From contig CAZNUU010000001.1 of assembly GCA_964576615.1 (NCBI GenBank), positions 31,309 through 95,308 of the forward strand: a stretch of 64,000 nt of DNA. The letters are read 5' to 3'. The translations under genes and the position numbers were made by a program. Source of the stretch: an uncultured Candidatus Saccharibacteria bacterium. Lineage in GTDB: Bacteria > Patescibacteriota > Minisyncoccia > Phycocordibacterales > DATDWN01. The notes beneath the pieces are model-generated. The model worked only from the letters and a program-made list of their open reading frames with translations. It did not search any database and had not been told where the DNA came from. This document shows, piece after piece, positions 1 to 9,314 of the stretch (the stretch's first letter is position 1; each line of letters begins with the position of its first letter).

Positions 1-2
1 TG

Positions 3-710
3 GCACGAGAACTACGTAGTATCGGTCTTGGTTTCAATTCAGAACAGATCGCATCGATCTGGGTTGAAAATTTGGTGAAACTGCGAGACCGTTGGTTCGC
101 CGATCCCCGAATTATTCTCGACGGCGTAAAAACCTACGAAGAAGCTTGCGCCAGAATTAAAAACACTGGCAAGAACGGCTTCAAAGGTTTTCGGGAGAAG
201 ATGGTTTCGATGATCATCTACTTCTACATGCACGCGGGCATAATCGGCAAGTGGAAATTCCCGGTTCCCGTCGACTTCCATGTTCTCCGGACACTTTTCT
301 CTCACCAGATTATTGTCCCGGAGAATGGAGACGGCAACGGGTCGGGTTTCTACACCACTACGACTCTGGCCATGGCTCGCTCGGTGGTCCACAATTTCTG
401 CGTTGAATACAAAGTTGACCCAATCGATCTCTGTGATTCGATCTGGATCAACTCAAGACTCGCTTGTAGCCGGCATCCCGGCAACCAATCGCTAGTCTTG
501 CAAAAGGACGCGCGGCGGTCAAAGATTATTCCGGTCTGGAAGTGGAGTGAAGCTCAGACCAGAACAGTGGAGAGCACCTGCGTAGTTTGCTCTGTCGCGC
601 CGACTTGCAGTTGGTGCGTCCCAGCGGCCGAGTACTACGTGAACGGCAAGATTGTTCTTCGAGAGAGAAGGGAGTTGCCCCCACAAGGCAGACTCTTCCT
701 CAAAACCTGA
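3..710 (+). CDS. HhH-GPD superfamily (endonuclease III-like) DNA glycosylase, 5'-truncated by the window edge
   Basis: Frame is open from position 3. GFREKMVS resembles the HhH hairpin, PVPVDFHVLR matches PVD-x-H-x-x-R, and a C-terminal Cys cluster (CVVCSVAPTCSWC) may bind Fe-S. GC-rich. Confidence 0.65.
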   Translation, partial: ARELRSIGLGFNSEQIASIWVENLVKLRDRWFADPRIILDGVKTYEEACARIKNTGKNGFKGFREKMVSMIIYFYMHAGIIGKWKFPVPVDFHVLRTLFSHQIIVPENGDGNGSGFYTTTTLAMARSVVHNFCVEYKVDPIDLCDSIWINSRLACSRHPGNQSLVLQKDARRSKIIPVWKWSEAQTRTVESTCVVCSVAPTCSWCVPAAEYYVNGKIVLRERRELPPQGRLFLKT

Positions 711-740
711 TACGCCATTTGGAGAAATCCAGGTGGCGTA
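711..740. terminator. Hairpin terminator between convergent genes
   Basis: tacgccatttgga-gaaa-tccaggtggcgta. Confidence 0.65.
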
Positions 741-1055
741 TTAAATTTGTGCTTTTTGTATTCCTAGTATTGAGAGTAGGACAAGGAGTGTAATTATTCC
801 AAATAGTCCGAGAGTTCGTAGAAAATATGATATTGCTTCGTCCCTTTTATTTTCCAAAAGCAATATTACTGGCCTGTAAAAAAATAGAAAACCCATGACT
901 GCAACTGAAAATACTAAGACAGAGAGAACTCCTATTGGATCAATAATGCTATCCGGAACACCTTGACCAAGATACGCTATGTATCTAAAAAGTGCAGCTA
1001 TTCCAAATATGTATGCAGCTGCCAGGGCCGCATTAATTAGTGGGTTCCATTTCAT
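741..1055 (-). CDS. Small membrane protein with about 3 TM segments
   Basis: Start reassigned to MKWNPL at 1055 (TATAAT-N6-ATG); hydrophobic segments. Confidence 0.75.
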   Translation of the reverse strand: MKWNPLINAALAAAYIFGIAALFRYIAYLGQGVPDSIIDPIGVLSVLVFSVAVMGFLFFYRPVILLLENKRDEAISYFLRTLGLFGIITLLVLLSILGIQKAQI

Positions 1056-1124
1056 GTGTTTATTATAACGTACGTGCGACAAAAAATGTGGCTTTAGGAT
1101 AGTTACTATAATAATGCAAAACAG

Positions 1125-1154
1125 AAAAAAGCCTCGGACACTGTGTCCGAGGCT
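1125..1154 (-). terminator. Intrinsic terminator of the TonB cassette
   Basis: agcctcggacac-a-gtgtccgaggct followed by a T run on the - strand. Confidence 0.8.
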
Positions 1155-1188
1155 CTCACATTTCACCATCACAACCCATGCAGTCCCA

Positions 1189-1914
1189 CTACTGCAGCGT
1201 GAAGTTCACCGTCACCGTCATCACGACGGGCACCGGAACACCGTTGAGAAGTGTCGGCGTGAATTCCCACTGACGCACGGCTTCGAGTGCCGCTGCATCG
1301 AGTAGGGGAATTGATCGCAAGATCTTCGCGCCGGTGACATGGCCATCCGCGCTGAGTGTGGCTTCGATGATGACCATCCCTTGCACACGTGCCGATTGGG
1401 CTACCGTAGGGTATACCGGTTTGACGTCGTGCGTCTTTGTCGGTTGCTGGATCTTGCCTCCAGGGCGCAGGGGTTCCTGCGGGGGCGGAGGGGTGGGTGC
1501 AGGTCGCGCAGGTGGTGTGGGTTTGGGATCGCCCAATACCGGGCCATCGTTAGGTCCGACATCAATGCAGCCGGTGCATGTTGAGACGGGGGGTTCCGCT
1601 GTCGGCGGCTCCGGATTGATACGGGTCGGCGGCTCGAGTGGTGGGCCAGGGTCTCCGGTCGTTGGTTTTGGAGTCTTGGTCTTGGGTTCCGCTGGACCCG
1701 GTGGCGGTGGAGGTGGTGGCAGACTGATGTCTACCGGTATCCACGATATTGCTTCAGCGGGTGTCGGCAGTGCCCCAACGGCCATGAGCGGGATAATGAT
1801 CGCTGCCATGATACCGATGAGGTGGAGCAGGATGGACACCGGCAGGAGGTATTTCTTCTTGCCATTGCCCACGTGCACGGACGACTGGACGATGTCACCG
1901 AAGATCTCTCTCAC
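1189..1914 (-). CDS. tonB: Energy transducer TonB family protein
   Basis: N-terminal TM with SILLH (S-x3-H), Pro-rich linker, TonB_C domain (YP..A..ARVQG.V....LDAAALEAVRQWEFTP). GAGGAGG SD before the GTG start. Confidence 0.9.
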   Translation of the reverse strand: MREIFGDIVQSSVHVGNGKKKYLLPVSILLHLIGIMAAIIIPLMAVGALPTPAEAISWIPVDISLPPPPPPPGPAEPKTKTPKPTTGDPGPPLEPPTRINPEPPTAEPPVSTCTGCIDVGPNDGPVLGDPKPTPPARPAPTPPPPQEPLRPGGKIQQPTKTHDVKPVYPTVAQSARVQGMVIIEATLSADGHVTGAKILRSIPLLDAAALEAVRQWEFTPTLLNGVPVPVVMTVTVNFTLQ

Positions 1915-2083
1915 GGCGAGCCTCCTCTCGTTTCTGCACTCCTTGGTTGGTGAATATATGTGAAATTACTTTCCAATATAATTTTAATACTAGTGGTTCT
2001 GTAAGACAACAGTCAAAAGACCGATTAATCTAAAGTTATAGACAAAATCCGGAAAAAAGTTATGATAAAAAAAGGAGGCTTTG

Positions 2084-2392
2084 ATGCATATAGCGCTAAG
2101 TACCCACATGAGAGAAGACGCTTTGGGTTTTGCCACCCGACGAGGCTGTGTTCAGCTGACGATATGGCGTCGCAGGCCAGGGGACTTGATTCTCATCGGC
2201 CCCATCCAAGAGTTCGATTCGTTCGAAGAGGGTCGATCTGGGATTGAGTTGCTCCGCGATAAGCTGGTCGGTGAAATTCCCGGCCCTCTGACGATTTATG
2301 TGAAGCCGAGCACCGAGAACGAGTTCACGAGTCTGGCAGATTACGTGGTTAGGCTCGAGCGTGCCCTCAAAGCAAGCTTGGACTCACACTGA
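2084..2392 (+). CDS. Hypothetical protein (GC-rich cassette)
   Basis: TAGACA-16-TATGAT promoter, AGGAGG SD at 2073-2078, terminator hairpin at about 2403-2433. Confidence 0.65.
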   Translation: MHIALSTHMREDALGFATRRGCVQLTIWRRRPGDLILIGPIQEFDSFEEGRSGIELLRDKLVGEIPGPLTIYVKPSTENEFTSLADYVVRLERALKASLDSH

Positions 2393-2455
2393 CACAGTGA
2401 AGCCGGTAGTTGTCAATCATATGACACTACCGGTTTTAAGTTTAAGTAAATTTTG

Positions 2456-2527
2456 TGACCCTACGGGGAGTCGAACCCCGATTGCAGCCTTGAGAAGGCC
2501 GCGTCCTAACCATTAGACGATAGGGCC
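2456..2527 (-). tRNA. tRNA-Glu (anticodon CTC), CCA not encoded
   Basis: GGCCCTA/TAGGGTC acceptor stem, D-loop TAATGGTTA, anticodon arm CGGCC-TTCTCAA-GGCTG, T-arm GGTTCGACTCC. Confidence 0.97.
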
Positions 2528-2652
2528 CTAGACCAAGTTGCACTTGGTCGGGCGACCTGTAAACAGGTTTAGCCAAATGCAAAAAAACTATAGCATTTAA
2601 AAATATTTTTTGAAATAAAAAATTTAGGGCCGAGCTGCGTCGGCAGCTGGCC

Positions 2653-2886
2653 CTAGTGGCGAGCAAACGAGAATCGCTTCTGGTTGCTCGGTTTCTTCAT
2701 CCGAGCCCGGGTTACTTTCGAGACTTGACCGATCGTGTACTCGATCTCGTCTCTGGGGCAGAGAGCTGCCTCGACTTCTTTTTTGGCAATCTCTGTCCAA
2801 TTTACCCGACCATCTCGGCTGAGTCGCTTTGCCTCACGGTATCTTACGGATACCCGGTCGGCAATCTGCTCAATGGTCCTGATCAT
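2653..2886 (-). CDS. Hypothetical basic protein (GC-rich cassette)
   Basis: TTGACA-17-GATAAT (2931-2903), GGAGGT SD before MIRTIEQ, terminator hairpin 2625-2655. Confidence 0.65.
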   Translation of the reverse strand: MIRTIEQIADRVSVRYREAKRLSRDGRVNWTEIAKKEVEAALCPRDEIEYTIGQVSKVTRARMKKPSNQKRFSFARH

Positions 2887-3014
2887 TGGGACCTCCACTC
2901 TCATTATCTCAAACTAGCAGACATTTGTCAAGTCAATGTTTATTACTTATTCACAATAGAAAAAGGGCTGGGTTCGCGTATATCGCGTCCAGCCCTTCTA
3001 ACGCCGACTATGTA

Positions 3015-3215
3015 TCATGAGGCCCTCCGCAATCGCATAGGTCGCAGATGGACACCGACTTCCTTCTTTGTTTTGTCCATCTCTTCAGCGGTATACCCCG
3101 CTGCTTTGATGGCTCTCGTCAGAAAGTCGGCAAGTTCCGGCCCGATCGGGGTGTCGCCGTAGGCATCGTCGATGATCTCGGCGATTTCCCCCGGCGTCTT
3201 TCTCTCCTTGACCAC
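3015..3215 (-). CDS. Hypothetical protein (GC-rich cassette)
   Basis: TTGAAA-16-TATAAT (3268-3241), GGAGGAGGTG SD, terminator hairpin at about 2963-2997. Confidence 0.65.
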   Translation of the reverse strand: MVKERKTPGEIAEIIDDAYGDTPIGPELADFLTRAIKAAGYTAEEMDKTKKEVGVHLRPMRLRRAS

Positions 3216-3332
3216 GACTACATCACCTCCTCCGCTAATAATTATACATGAATTAACATAAATTTCAAGTAGTCAGAGTCAAGTTTGTGTTGTGAAAGAA
3301 ATAATTAATTGTGGTTGTAGTATAATCAGATT

Positions 3333-5948
3333 ATGAAGAAAATCAGAAACACCATCTTGTTTTCTCTGATTTTTACTCCATCTTTAATTTTTGCTTACTC
3401 AAATATCGATGTTGACATCTCCGCACAAGGAGTGATTTCTCCTTTTTCTGTCTCCTGTACTGGCACTAACGCAACAGCGCTCTTGATTAGCAAAGACTAT
3501 CCCTTTTCACATTCTGTGGAGGCATATATGAGACGGCCGTGTATAAATGGTGTCGTGACCTTTGATAGTTTTGATTTAAATAGTTATGTCTTGTATCTGA
3601 CGACTGGAGAGACTTTGCCTCTGACTTATTTCTTTTGGATGCCCCAAAAATTAGTGGTCAAGGATACAACTAATGTTCGAGCTTTTGATGCGCCTCTCTA
3701 CAGAATAGTAATAAATTTATACAGTGATTTTAATAACTTTGACACTATTGTAGAGAGCCCTGATGACATTACGTTTCCGACCCTAGCGGTTAGTCAGGGA
3801 TTTGATTTCGATGGTGTTAGTTGGAAAAAGCATGGGGCACTAGTGGGCAACTCGAGTGTTTTGTTTCTGCCTGGGATTGAATCAAGTAGATTGTACAGAC
3901 AAAAGAGGCCGGATGAGGGAAGCGGTGAATTACGACTATGGGAACCGGGGAATATAATTCCGGGAGGTTTGAGGGATTTATCTTCGCTCATGCTAGATGA
4001 AAATGGTAAAGCAATTCCACCTCTTCTTCCAGAGTACAATGTTTACGCTCGAGATGTAATTGATGAGGCATATGGCACATTTAATATTTACAAATCTTTT
4101 TTGGATAGTTTGGAGAAGTTAAAATCAGTTGATCATTCTATTGCTGATTACTCTGCAGTTCCGTATGACTGGAGGTTTTCTCTTGATGACACCTTAGGGA
4201 ATGGAACTAAAAGCGGCTTAAATATTTCATATCTTTCTCCATCTGTTGATCCTTATATAATTTCGGAGTTGCGTCGTCTTGCATCAGGTTCACAAAATGG
4301 AAAAGTAACAATCATTGCTCATTCAATGGGTGGACTAGTAGCAAAGGCACTTGTGAAAAGACTTCAAGATTCTGGTGACCCACTTCTTTCAAAGATAGAT
4401 AAAATTATTTTTGTGGCAGTCCCTCAGCTCGGTACTCCATCTACTATACCCGCGTTGCTTCATGGCTATGATCAAAGTATTCCGGCCCAATTTGCTTCTT
4501 TTGATCTGAATCCACAAGAAGCAAGGAATTTAGGTCACAATATGCCTTCAGCTTATAACCTTTTGCCTTCGGCAAAGTATTTTGAGTCAATCCAAACTCC
4601 GGTTGTTACATTTGCGTCCGATTTAACTGATTGGGCAAGTAGGTACGGTGCAACTACAACATCTGAAGTTAGCTTGAGAAATTTTCTGGCAGATACGTAT
4701 GGCAGAGTTGCGAGCGATGCCAGTGACACAAACACACCGGATTCATTAAGAAGTAATTTATTAACTCAATCAGAGGGTGCTCATAACTATTTAGACAATT
4801 GGACACCACCAACTGGTTTGAAAGTTATAGAAATTGCAGGGTGGGGGATACCTACGACTATTAGCGGGGTTAGGTATATCAAAGATGGTGGTGGTATTAA
4901 ACCAGAGGCAATAACTACTATTGACGGTGACGGCACAGTAGTTGCGCCGAGCGCACTATATTCAAATGGGGTTGGCGTTGATAGATATTGGATAGATGAG
5001 GGGCTTTGGAACAAAAAACATTCGAGACCGGGTCCTCTTGGCCTTAAGCATAAGGATATACTTGAGATTACGGATTTGATAGGTTTAATTAAGAATACGA
5101 TTAATAATCAATCTCCAAGCAATTCTCAGTATCTATCCACTTCTACTCCTAATAATCCTGGTACTCACCTTGTTTACTCTCTCCACTCCCCACTAACGCT
5201 TGATGCTTATGACAACATAGGTAATCACACAGGTATCTCCACCTCGACTGGTCTGATCGAAGAAAACATCCCGGGTAGTTACTATCTAAAATTTGGAGAT
5301 ATTAAATATATATTTACTGATACAGACTTGCCGATTCATATATTTATGAATGGTTATGCTAATGGTACTTTTACTTTCAATATTGAAGAACTACAAGGAG
5401 ATAGCTATTTATCAAATGTAACATTCAAAGATATTCCAACGACTTCCTCAACTAAAGTTTCAATTGATACTCAAACAGATATAAACTCAGTGTCCCCGAT
5501 GAGAGTTGACCTAAATGGAGACAGTACTATTGATTTCTCGATTGGCCCAAAGATAAACGATACGGTATACGCGCCATACAGATTCGATGGATTTCTCCAA
5601 CCTATAAATGACACAGCTCATCAGACTGGGCAACAATTAAGTGTATTTAAAGCTGGGAGTACAGTACCAGTGAAGTTTCAGATAAAAAAGTGGGATGGAA
5701 CAATAATACAATCCATAAACTCTCCAATATCGCTTACTCCACAAAAAGGAGCTGCAATGTCAGCTTCAATTGATGAGTCAGTCTATGCGGATCAAGGTAC
5801 CACTGGTACTACTTTCAAGTGGGATTCTACAAATCAACAATATATTTATAACTGGAGTACCAAAGGATTAGTCCCTGGATATTGGTATAAAATTTCTGTA
5901 AAATTAGATGATGGGAGTATTTATTCGGTAACTATTGGATTGAAATAA
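3333..5948 (+). CDS. Secreted alpha/beta-hydrolase (LCAT/lipase-like) with C-terminal PxKF domain
   Basis: Signal peptide; FLPGIESS, PYDWR, AHSMGG nucleophile elbow, DGDGTV; C-terminal GSTVPVKFQ. Confidence 0.8.
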   Translation: MKKIRNTILFSLIFTPSLIFAYSNIDVDISAQGVISPFSVSCTGTNATALLISKDYPFSHSVEAYMRRPCINGVVTFDSFDLNSYVLYLTTGETLPLTYFFWMPQKLVVKDTTNVRAFDAPLYRIVINLYSDFNNFDTIVESPDDITFPTLAVSQGFDFDGVSWKKHGALVGNSSVLFLPGIESSRLYRQKRPDEGSGELRLWEPGNIIPGGLRDLSSLMLDENGKAIPPLLPEYNVYARDVIDEAYGTFNIYKSFLDSLEKLKSVDHSIADYSAVPYDWRFSLDDTLGNGTKSGLNISYLSPSVDPYIISELRRLASGSQNGKVTIIAHSMGGLVAKALVKRLQDSGDPLLSKIDKIIFVAVPQLGTPSTIPALLHGYDQSIPAQFASFDLNPQEARNLGHNMPSAYNLLPSAKYFESIQTPVVTFASDLTDWASRYGATTTSEVSLRNFLADTYGRVASDASDTNTPDSLRSNLLTQSEGAHNYLDNWTPPTGLKVIEIAGWGIPTTISGVRYIKDGGGIKPEAITTIDGDGTVVAPSALYSNGVGVDRYWIDEGLWNKKHSRPGPLGLKHKDILEITDLIGLIKNTINNQSPSNSQYLSTSTPNNPGTHLVYSLHSPLTLDAYDNIGNHTGISTSTGLIEENIPGSYYLKFGDIKYIFTDTDLPIHIFMNGYANGTFTFNIEELQGDSYLSNVTFKDIPTTSSTKVSIDTQTDINSVSPMRVDLNGDSTIDFSIGPKINDTVYAPYRFDGFLQPINDTAHQTGQQLSVFKAGSTVPVKFQIKKWDGTIIQSINSPISLTPQKGAAMSASIDESVYADQGTTGTTFKWDSTNQQYIYNWSTKGLVPGYWYKISVKLDDGSIYSVTIGLK

Positions 5949-5952
5949 TAAA

Positions 5953-6384
5953 ATGAGAAAGAAAGGACTGTTAAAGTTGTCTATAATTGGAACACTAGTC
6001 ATTTTTCTTACTGTACTGCTTGATCAAATAAATTCATGTTATTACAATCTCCACTGCGTCTTTTTTTCCGATTTCCTTGATAACTATTTTTTTGTATTTT
6101 TAATATTCCCTCTAATTGTGTTATTTTTTCTGGTTACGTATAAAATGCATGAGGAGATTTTCAATGCATGGCACAAGTTTTCCATGTGGTATCTAATTAT
6201 TTATGTGATTTTATCGGTGTATCTTAGTGTAGAGGCGTCTAAAATGGGAGGGGGACTAAGTGGGGTAGTTGGAGGGGGGTTTATTGTGATAATTATAGGG
6301 TTTTCATTGATAGTCTTTTTTTTCGTATCTTTAATTATCATTACAAATAAATATTTTTCCTTAAAAAAGTCTAATAAAGCCTAA
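5953..6384 (+). CDS. Small 4-TM membrane protein
   Basis: Very hydrophobic ORF starting 4 bp after the hydrolase gene. Confidence 0.7.
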   Translation: MRKKGLLKLSIIGTLVIFLTVLLDQINSCYYNLHCVFFSDFLDNYFFVFLIFPLIVLFFLVTYKMHEEIFNAWHKFSMWYLIIYVILSVYLSVEASKMGGGLSGVVGGGFIVIIIGFSLIVFFFVSLIIITNKYFSLKKSNKA

Positions 6385-6394
6385 TTACGATTCA

Positions 6395-7480
6395 ATGAAC
6401 ATTAAAATATCTGGAAGCGGTAGCTGCATTCCTCCGTTTGTCGTAACAAATAGTGACCTTGAGAAGTTTTACCCACTTGGGCCATATCCTCAATATGGTA
6501 GTCCGTTTGATTGGAGTGCTAAATGGATAGACGAAAAACTTGGGGTTAAGGAACGTCACTTTGTTTTTGATTTAAAAACTCAAAAAATGAACGAGGGTTA
6601 TTATGATCTAGACATGGCTGAGAAGTCTGCCCGAGCTGCATTAGAAAACGCCAAAATAAAGATTGAAGATATTGGAACTATCATTTACGTTTCTTCAACT
6701 CCCGAATTTTTTATGCCTGATCCAGCATGTCTACTCCACTTTCGTCTTGGCGCTAGCCAGGATACATCGGCTTTTAGTTTAACAAGCGCTGGTTGTGGTG
6801 GTTTTATATATGGAATGATAAATGCAATAGGGATTTTAGAATCTGGGATTTCACAACACATACTTCTTGTGGCCTCAAATTCTACAAGTGCCTACATGAC
6901 ACAATACAGCGATCCGCATTTAAGTGAGGCTGAGCTTCTTGCACTAAAGGCCAGAGATCGTCTGAACGCATCTATGTTTGGCGATGGAGCAGGTGCAATG
7001 ATATTAAGCAAATCATCTAAAAAAAATCTTCTGTCTTATTACTGGGGGGCAGATGGTTCTACAAAGGCCGTTGTTTTTGAAGCAGGTGGCTCACGGAATC
7101 CTGCTACAGTCGAGACTGTCAAAGGTGGAAAACATTTTTTTAACATGGATGGAAGACTGGTTAAAGATATTGCTCCGCCAATGTTTGAAATGGCAATTAA
7201 TAGAGGTCTTGAGAAGGCCAAGATGAAGTTTGAAGACATAGATTTCTTTGTTTTTCACCAAGTCAATTACAGACTACTCAAAGGGCTGATCGAAAAGATG
7301 GGTATTCCAGAGGACAAGATTGCTATTCATGTAGATCACTATGGGAATCTGGACACCGCTACACTTGGTGTGGCGTACGATGAATCCAGGAAGGCAAAAA
7401 AAATTAAGGATGGAGACACTGTGATGTTTGCAGCGGTAGGTGCTGGTTGGCAATATGGTTCAGTGATTATAAAAATATGA
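6395..7480 (+). CDS. fabH: 3-oxoacyl-ACP synthase III (FabH/KAS III) family condensing enzyme
   Basis: Cys in AGCGGF, FGDGAGA, His in FHQVN, Asn in YGN, AVGAG. Confidence 0.88.
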   Translation: MNIKISGSGSCIPPFVVTNSDLEKFYPLGPYPQYGSPFDWSAKWIDEKLGVKERHFVFDLKTQKMNEGYYDLDMAEKSARAALENAKIKIEDIGTIIYVSSTPEFFMPDPACLLHFRLGASQDTSAFSLTSAGCGGFIYGMINAIGILESGISQHILLVASNSTSAYMTQYSDPHLSEAELLALKARDRLNASMFGDGAGAMILSKSSKKNLLSYYWGADGSTKAVVFEAGGSRNPATVETVKGGKHFFNMDGRLVKDIAPPMFEMAINRGLEKAKMKFEDIDFFVFHQVNYRLLKGLIEKMGIPEDKIAIHVDHYGNLDTATLGVAYDESRKAKKIKDGDTVMFAAVGAGWQYGSVIIKI

Positions 7481-9057
7481 CATACGATATTGAAACAATA
7501 CTGATGTTGGTTACTTTCACCTTCAATGCATTTTTAGGTTCGGTTATTTTTATCCATAGTGAAAGGAAAAAAAGTGACATTGGTTATGTGTTTTTAATAC
7601 TCGCGTTATTATTTTGGACATTTTCTGTTCTCGGAATAAGAGTTAATCATGATTTAAATACTGTATTTTTTTATCTTGCTCTAAGTCATGTCGCAGGCCT
7701 GAGTATCGCGATAAGCTTCTGGTATTTTGTTGAGACTTTCACAGGTCGTGTTGTCTCAGCAGTAAAACTAGTTCTTGCGATAGTTCCTGCTATATTAATA
7801 AGTTATCTAGCTTTCACCTCAAAAAAATTTATTGTAAATATATTGCAGTTGGATAGTTTAAATAAAGATTTGGTAATGGGCCCCTACCATTTCCTTTTTC
7901 TTGCATACTTTAGTGCTGTAATGATATATGCATTTTATTTGCTGTATCTTATATATGGCAAAAAAGAAAATCACACACTGAATTCAGCCGTTCTATATGT
8001 ATTTTGGGGAACATTCATCTCGACTTTAGTTGGAGCCGCGTTTAATATTTTTTACCTGACCCTTAGAGTATCCGACTATATTGCATGGGGTCCAATAGCG
8101 ACCATAATCATGGTGATTTTTATTTCATACGCAATTATGAGGCTCAACCTGATGAGTATCAAATTGATAGCATCCGAGATTTTTGTTATCGCGCTCTTGA
8201 TTACACTATCAATAAAACTTTTTTTCTCAACCACAACTTCTGAATGGGTTGTAAATGGAATAAGTCTAGGCATTAGTTTTGTTGTTAGTTTCTTCCTAAT
8301 TAGAAGTGTAATGAAAGAGATTTTTCAAAGGCAGAGAGCTGAAGGCTTGGCCAGAGATCTAAAGAATGCAAATGAAGGTCAAGCCAATCTCATTCATGTC
8401 ATGAATCACCAAGTTAAGGGTAGGCTTGGAAATGCAAAAAATATTTTTGCGGAACTTTTGACTGATGATTATGGATCGGTACCGGAATCTATGAAGCCAT
8501 ACTTGGAAAAAGGATTGGAAGAAACCAGCAAGGGAGTTGATTATGTCCAAGGAATTCTACGTGGCGCAAGTGCAGAAAGTGGTCAGATGCAGTTTGATAT
8601 GCTGTCCATGAATCTAAAAGACGTAGTTCAGGACTCATTTACCAGGATGAAAGATTATGCCGAAAAGAAAGGTCTCGCGATAACGCTAGATATAAAACCT
8701 GGTGACTATAACATGAAAGGGGATGCAGTCGAACTGGGCGAATCAGTCCGAAACCTGATCGATAACTCTATAAATTACACCGAGACTGGGAGTATAAATC
8801 TAACCCTGTACTCTAAAGACACTGTAAATCTAATAGAGGTTACGGACACTGGTGTGGGTATTAGTTCAGAGGATATGCCAAAGTTATTTAAATCTGGTGG
8901 CAGAGGTACGGATTCCTTGAAAATAAATGTGAACTCAACTGGTTATGGTTTGGCTTTTGTCAAAGGGGTAGTGGAAGCTCACAAGGGTAGGGTTTGGGTT
9001 GAATCAGGAGGTAAAGGAAAAGGTTCGAGTTTCTTTGTAGAAATACCAAAAACCTAG
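7477..9057 (+). CDS. Sensor histidine kinase with multi-TM (HisKA_7TM-like) input domain
   Basis: ATGA overlap with the fabH stop; many TM helices; H-box NHQVKGRL; N-box NLIDNSINY; DTGVG; TGYGLAFV; GKGKGSSF. Confidence 0.9.
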   Translation: MTYDIETILMLVTFTFNAFLGSVIFIHSERKKSDIGYVFLILALLFWTFSVLGIRVNHDLNTVFFYLALSHVAGLSIAISFWYFVETFTGRVVSAVKLVLAIVPAILISYLAFTSKKFIVNILQLDSLNKDLVMGPYHFLFLAYFSAVMIYAFYLLYLIYGKKENHTLNSAVLYVFWGTFISTLVGAAFNIFYLTLRVSDYIAWGPIATIIMVIFISYAIMRLNLMSIKLIASEIFVIALLITLSIKLFFSTTTSEWVVNGISLGISFVVSFFLIRSVMKEIFQRQRAEGLARDLKNANEGQANLIHVMNHQVKGRLGNAKNIFAELLTDDYGSVPESMKPYLEKGLEETSKGVDYVQGILRGASAESGQMQFDMLSMNLKDVVQDSFTRMKDYAEKKGLAITLDIKPGDYNMKGDAVELGESVRNLIDNSINYTETGSINLTLYSKDTVNLIEVTDTGVGISSEDMPKLFKSGGRGTDSLKINVNSTGYGLAFVKGVVEAHKGRVWVESGGKGKGSSFFVEIPKT

Positions 9058-9314
9058 AGTAAATTAATTATCTCAACGAATTTCTTTCCGTACGGCGATA
9101 AGGTGTGTTTGTTTTGAGTCCTACTCAAGAGGCCTGAGAGCGCAAGTAGTGTTAAGTGCTCAGAGATACTGTGTAGATCGGTTCCGGTCTTCTCTGAGAT
9201 TTCTTCAAGGGTAATGTTATTTTCCCGATAAACTAGTCTTAAGATTTCTATCCGCCTGTGATGTGCGGCTCCTTTGAAATATCTCTCGAGTTGTTTTGGG
9301 TCTTTAACTAGAAC
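9054..9314 (-). pseudogene. ArsR-like winged-helix regulator ORF without a canonical start codon (not in the ORF track)
   Basis: Open frame VLVKDPKQLERYFKGAAHHRRIEILRLV...TLEEISEKTGTDLHSISEHLTLLALSGLL...; GTT lies 6 nt after TAAAAT; in-frame stop two codons upstream. Confidence 0.65.

Noticed and set aside
1334-1963. 209-aa Gly-rich ORF on +
   Set aside because: Antisense shadow of the Pro-rich TonB gene.
2442-3162. ORFs 2442..2666 (-) and 2656..3162 (+)
   Set aside because: The first overlaps tRNA-Glu. The second is antisense to two SD-led cassette genes and runs through their promoter and terminator.
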